A stretch of DNA of 64,000 bases from the human T2T-CHM13v2.0 reference genome, Homo sapiens, in the NCBI RefSeq assembly GCF_009914755.1, contig NC_060936.1, one strand, 5' to 3'. Below the pieces are notes generated by a model. The model saw only the letters and a program-made list of their open reading frames with translations, had not been told where the DNA came from and made no database searches. The position numbers were made by a program, and so were the translations under genes. Below are positions 55,920 to 64,000 of this stretch, one piece after another; the first letter of the stretch is position 1; each line of letters begins with the position of its first letter.

Positions 55920-56172
55920 CAATCTTCCTTTCTTTCACTTTCTCTTTCTTTCTTTCTTACCCTTTCTTTCTTTCTCTTTATTTTCCTTTCTTCCTCCCTC
56001 CCTCCCTTCCTCCTCTCTTTCTTTCTTTCCTTTTCTTTTCTTTCTTTCACTTTTTCCTTTCTGTCTTTCTTTCTTACCCTTTCTTTCTTTCTCTTTCTCT
56101 CTTTCTCTTCCTTCCTTCCTCCCTCCCTCCCTCCTTTCTTTCTTTCTCTCTTACTTTCTTTTTCTTTTTCCT
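55920..56172. repeat. (CTTT/CCTT)n low-complexity tract
   Basis: Directly visible. Confidence 0.9.
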
Positions 56173-58095
56173 GGTTTATATATACTAAATTTTTTGCCAA
56201 ATATGATGAGCTAATATTAAAAAAAGAGAAAAATTATTACTCTCAAGGGATAAGGCATTCTGATTTTCTGAGAAATAAGTTCTTACTTTTTAGGAGAGCC
56301 CACCCCACCAAACACCATAATTTTGCTCAGATCCAATAATTTATGTTTTCTCCTAACAAAAATGTGAATCTCCGGCCTGAACAGGTTGGTCATTATTTTT
56401 TAAAGTGTCTCCTGTCTCTTCTGTAGGAGACACCACTCAGTGCCTATCCCTAACCCATTCCCCTTCTTCCATGTAAATGAAACCCTGATCTTGTCTGAAT
56501 GTCCACTTCTTTGTCCTGTGTCCCCTGGGTGGATCCTGATTGGTCTAAACCAATCTTCTTTCCTTATCAGTGATTGGTTTAGCAGTAGCCATGTGACCCA
56601 GTTCTGGCCAAAAAGGTGTGAGGGGAGTTCTGCTAGGGGGTTGGGGGCGGGGGCAGATTCCCTTGCAACACTCTGAGATAATCAATGGCTCTTCTACTTG
56701 ATGCCATGGGCAGCTGCAATATCTGATACTGTGAGTGCCATCTTTTGACCAGGAGATATGTCATTTTGGGGACAAAGCCAATCCTCTGAAGATGACAGAG
56801 CAAACAGAAGGAAACACTCTGGATCCTTGATGCCAATATTCAGTTGCTGAGTTCTCAACCTCCAGGCATTCTTAGTATGCAAATGAATGCACTTTTCCTA
56901 TAGATTCTACCGTTTTGAATGAGGTCTCTGTTACTTGCAGTCCAATGCATTCTAACTGATATAATCTTATTTCTTTCAAACTTTGCTTGGTTTATTTTAA
57001 ACCGTGATTCCTAAGATAAATGTTAAATAGCATAGGGTATCAAGACTTTTATTCGTGTAATATATATTCCTAGCCTTTAAAGATATACTGATTTTCTGTT
57101 TCTGTGCTTCTCAAGTTTACAGGGATTGATGTGTCTGAACCAAAATATGAGAAGATGACTGAGCAGTTGAATGAAATGGAGGATCACATCATGGAGTGGG
57201 AAACCGGAGCCGGGCATGGACATGTCCAAGTTTTTGCCATGTCTCACTGCTAATGTATTGTGAGACTAATTTTTCATCAGAGATCCTGGGATGGGCTTGA
57301 CAATACTGATTATAGGGCTTTTTATCTCTGACATGTTAAGATTGAACTAGCTGTTTCCATACATCTATCTATATCTGTGAGGATTCTGTGGCCAGCAGAC
57401 CGAAATGAGGTTTATAAAAGGATAGAATGCCCAAGGAATTCAGGAATCAGAAAGTGGGGACATTTCAGATTCTAATAACCTGCAAAACCAATCGTCCCTA
57501 TAGGGAGAATGGAAGAAGCTAGGGAGCCTCCACCTATTCCCTGTTTCTTTATCCTTTAACCTGCCTCAGTTCCTGCAATTTCACCTTTAGCATGCCATTC
57601 ACTTGGGTTAAGCAGCATCATCTTTTACTGCTTTTTCAAAGGAAGGAAAAGCTATTGGATTAGGTCACTTTTCTGTTTTGAGAATTCAGGGATGGGAGAG
57701 CAGTTATTGACAGGTGCGTCATAAAACCCAGAATCAATCTCAACTCAGCAATCCCTAGCCAAAATGTGAGTCTTCTCTAACTCCTGACAAGTTCAAGGCT
57801 TCATAACATGAAGTCTTTCCCTTTGCTCTGTCCTAATTCCTCTGTATCTAACTTATTTAACTCAGGAAGGATATGTAGTAAAAGAGTATAAACCACACAG
57901 TTATACAGCTGTGGGTTCAAATCTCAGCTCTGCTGCATGCCAATACATTGCAAGATTCATGAAGGTCAGGATGGCATCTGCAGCTGTATCCCCAGAGCCT
58001 AGCACATTGCCTGCCATATAGTAAATCCTCAATACAAATCAATGGGTAGATTCTGTGTGGTTCTGGGAAGCTTACTTGTTCCCACTGAACTTCAC

Positions 58096-58107
58096 TTCTT
58101 CGTTTCT
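58096..58107. repeat. Target-site duplication, left copy (ttcttcgtttct). The right copy is at 60587-60598.
   Basis: Exact 12-mer on both sides of the insertion (15 nt with one mismatch). Joining the two flanks rebuilds a MIR-like sequence. Confidence 0.85.
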
Positions 58108-60510
<2,403 letters not shown>

Positions 60511-61273
60511 CCCCTGTCCCTACCTCTAAGATGTTTCTGCTTAGCTTCTCTGACAGTGAGGGCTCGAATTTCAGCTGACCCAGCATTTCTTCGTTTCTGA
60601 AGACAAGGTGGTTTTACCATTTAAGCTTCTGATAAGGATGAAATAGGTTGACCAATGTGGAGTTCCCTCTGGCTGCCTGTCACCATCCCTAAAATCCCAT
60701 CACAAGTCAATCCTTCCCAGTAAGGCACTGGTGCCCAGGCAGTGGGCTAGGTATTGTAAACTGCCTGCCATCCACCAGGCTATCATCTGCCAGCAGGCAA
60801 GGCTGAGAGCCTCCATTCCACCTCCCTGTATGGAATTTGCTCCACAACCGCAGTCCCAACATCTGGAGGCAAACTGGAGACTTGTTCACTCATCTTGATG
60901 TTGCTCTGAAGGTGGAAAACATCTGCATAGTGGAAACCAGGGAAAAGATACCCTGGATCTGCCTCTTTCTGTGTTAGGCTTCTGGGCCCCACGGGACCCC
61001 CAGGTATTTGGCTGTGTGTTGGTGTCTTAGCGTCATCCAGTGTCCAGCACAGACTTTAATGCCCAGTTGACTATGATTTCTAAGTGAAGGGATAAACACA
61101 GGAAGTCTGTGGTCACAGTGGTACCAGCCAAACCCTTAACAGAAACCTGGTCCGGAAAAGAACTACAAAACAATATGAGGAGGAGGGAGGCATCTGGTTC
61201 CTTTATTTTCTGGCTGTAATAAATCAGACAACAGGGAAAAGAAAAGGCCAAGGGAGGTGGAAGCACTTGATAG

Positions 61274-61648
<375 letters not shown>

Positions 61649-64000
61649 TAAACTAAGTGACCTGCGACCTCAGTTTCCATGTTGGTGAAATGAGGAAAAA
61701 TCCCACCCTCCCCAGGTTTCATTAAGATAGGAAAAAAATGTGAAAATACTTTGGAAACGGTGTATTATAAAAGTGATTGTCATGAAACTCGATGATGATG
61801 ATGGCAAAAATAATGTCAGCTTATGATAATGTCTTCATTCATTCAACCAGAAGTTATGAGCAGCTTTTCTGGGCTAAGCACTGCTAGGGATACAATAAGG
61901 TGGCCAAAGTCCCTGCCATCTTGCTGGATCCAAGTAGGGGCCAGACTTAAGGCCACTAAATACACACATAATAATATGATTTCAGATGGCAGTAACTAGT
62001 ATAAAGAAAACACTAATACAAAATAGGGATCTGATAGGCAGCGAGTAGGGATGGAGGCTACCTTAGCATGGCCTGTCTGAGGAGATGGCATTTGGACTGA
62101 GACCAGAAGGAGGCGGACGAATCAGTCATGCAAAGGGAAGAGGCAAGTGGGCCCAGAAACAGCAGGAATAGCAAGTGCAAGGGCCTGAGGTGGGACCAAT
62201 CTTGGCTGTATTGTTGCTGTTGATCTGTTTGTTTCATTTTGCTTGAGAGGCAGAAAGGATCACCTAGCTGGAAAGCAGCATGAGATGAACTTAGAGAAGG
62301 AGGCAGTAGCCGATCACATAGGGGTTTTGATGCCATAGTAAGGGCTCTGGATTACTGTATTCTGTGATAAAAGCTCACTCTGGCTGCTTCCTACAGTGTG
62401 GGTTGAGGGAGCAAAGACAGAAGTGGGGAGGCCAGCAAGAAAGCCGATGCATATTCAGATGAAAGAGCCTGGCACCTGCTAAACGCTAAAGTGCAGCAAT
62501 CTCACTGAATCCTCACAGCTGCAAACCTTTATCATGCCCTTTGTCATACAGAGGAGAAAACTGAGGCTTCGGAGGCATTGAATAGCTTGCCCAAGGTCAC
62601 AGAGCCTAACTCTAACCCTGCCCTTAGCTGACGTAAATAGCAGAGCTTGGATTCGAGCCCTCGCAGTCTGATTCCTGAGCCTACCTGACCCGGTGTCATA
62701 AACATCAAAGTCCCTTTGAGTCAGGTGGTGAGGCTGGGGAGGCCCCCAGGAGGGCTTAGTCCTTCCTGAGACTCTACCTCTTTGGATGGATGCTGCAGGA
62801 GCCACTGCCCTCTAAAATGCTCTCTTGAATCAAGGACAAACCGTCAGACCTGGTCCTGTCCTGCCACTACCTGTCCTGGGTACCAGTGGAGGTGGGAACT
62901 CATTTCTGCAGACAACATGAATTATTTTATTTTTACAAAGACTTTTGCTGAGGCATAACTTACTATAGTGAAGTGCGTTCGTCTTCAATGTACAGATAAT
63001 TGGGTTTTTACAGATGAACCCCCATTCCCCACCCCTTACCCCGTGTAACCACTATCTAGGTCAAGATGGGGAGCATCCCTCACTCATATTCAGGACAATC
63101 TTTAAGAGTAACATTTATGCCCCCAAACAAAGCATGTCTGCCCTACAGCAGTTTTTGCCAAGATCTCCCGCCTCCCCTTCAGCCAGGATTCTGCTGGAAA
63201 CTCCTCAGGGGAGCCCAGACCCTGGGCAGAAATTCTTTACAGCAGATTAGCACCAAAGTGCTTGTCAATAAACTAAGAAGTGAAGCAGGGTGGCTTGGTG
63301 AATGCTCAGGTCTCTGGGGTGATGGTGTTTTAAGAGTGACTCAGGTGAGCATTTTCACACACTTCTCATCTCCCAGCAGTCAGTGAGGCAGGTGGTCTCC
63401 ATCTTATTTGCAAAGAGGTCTCAGTTTCACCATCTGTGAAATGGGGGAACAGGAAGGGACAAACTTGAGGAAGTAGTCCTTTCCAAACGCAAAAACCCTA
63501 AGATTCTCAGGGTTGTGAGAAAGTGACAAGCCCATTCAAATGCAATTTCCTCCTCTCAAGGAAAAAGCAATTCCTCAGACTCCCCGACTCCCACATCTTC
63601 AAAATTTGACATGGGAAAGAGAATATGTTCTTGTCCTCTTCTCTCCAGGGAAGGGTCTCTACAGAGGACATTTTGCATTTGCACATTTCTGGGGAAAACA
63701 GCAGGAGCTTTCAAGATAAACATACTGGGGTTTGAATCCCAGCTCTGTCACTTACCAGCTGTGTGGCATCGGGCAAAGTCACTTCACCTTTCTGAACCTC
63801 AATCTCTTCACTTGTGTATGGAGATAGCAATACCCCTACTGTGAAATCCTTGTTGCAAGGACTCAATGAGACAATGAAACTGAAGAGCTTGCCCAAAACT
63901 TAGACAAGGCTGAATTAGTATTTGCTATTATTACTGCTGTTGCTGTTTCTGCATCTTTGAGCACAAGGTAAGTGTTTTATAGACCTGTGCTTCTTCCTCC

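Overview
Primate, almost certainly human, genomic DNA. From recall this is 12q23.3 between WSCD2 and CMKLR1; CMKLR1 itself is not in the window. The + strand carries the last five coding exons and the 3'UTR of WSCD2 (second WSC domain plus sulfotransferase domain). All exons have GT-AG boundaries and consistent phases, and the haplotype reads Ile at residue 266. The rest is repeat-rich intergenic DNA (Alu, L1, L2, MIR, MaLR/ERVL LTRs, hAT MERs, microsatellites). The most striking structure is a ~2.5 kb minus-strand retro-insertion (58108-60586) bounded by one target-site duplication inside a MIR. It contains a full-length, intronless, decayed APOBEC3G-like (Z2-Z1) retrocopy with its own poly(A) tail. 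That is fused to a second, unidentified segment (intron tail, splice acceptor, terminal exon, AATAAA, second poly(A)), which makes it a chimeric or two-step retrocopy. Two WSCD2 introns also hold non-Alu inverted repeats of unusually high identity. Repeat family names and boundaries were assigned by eye and are approximate. Most entries in the ORF track are spurious.
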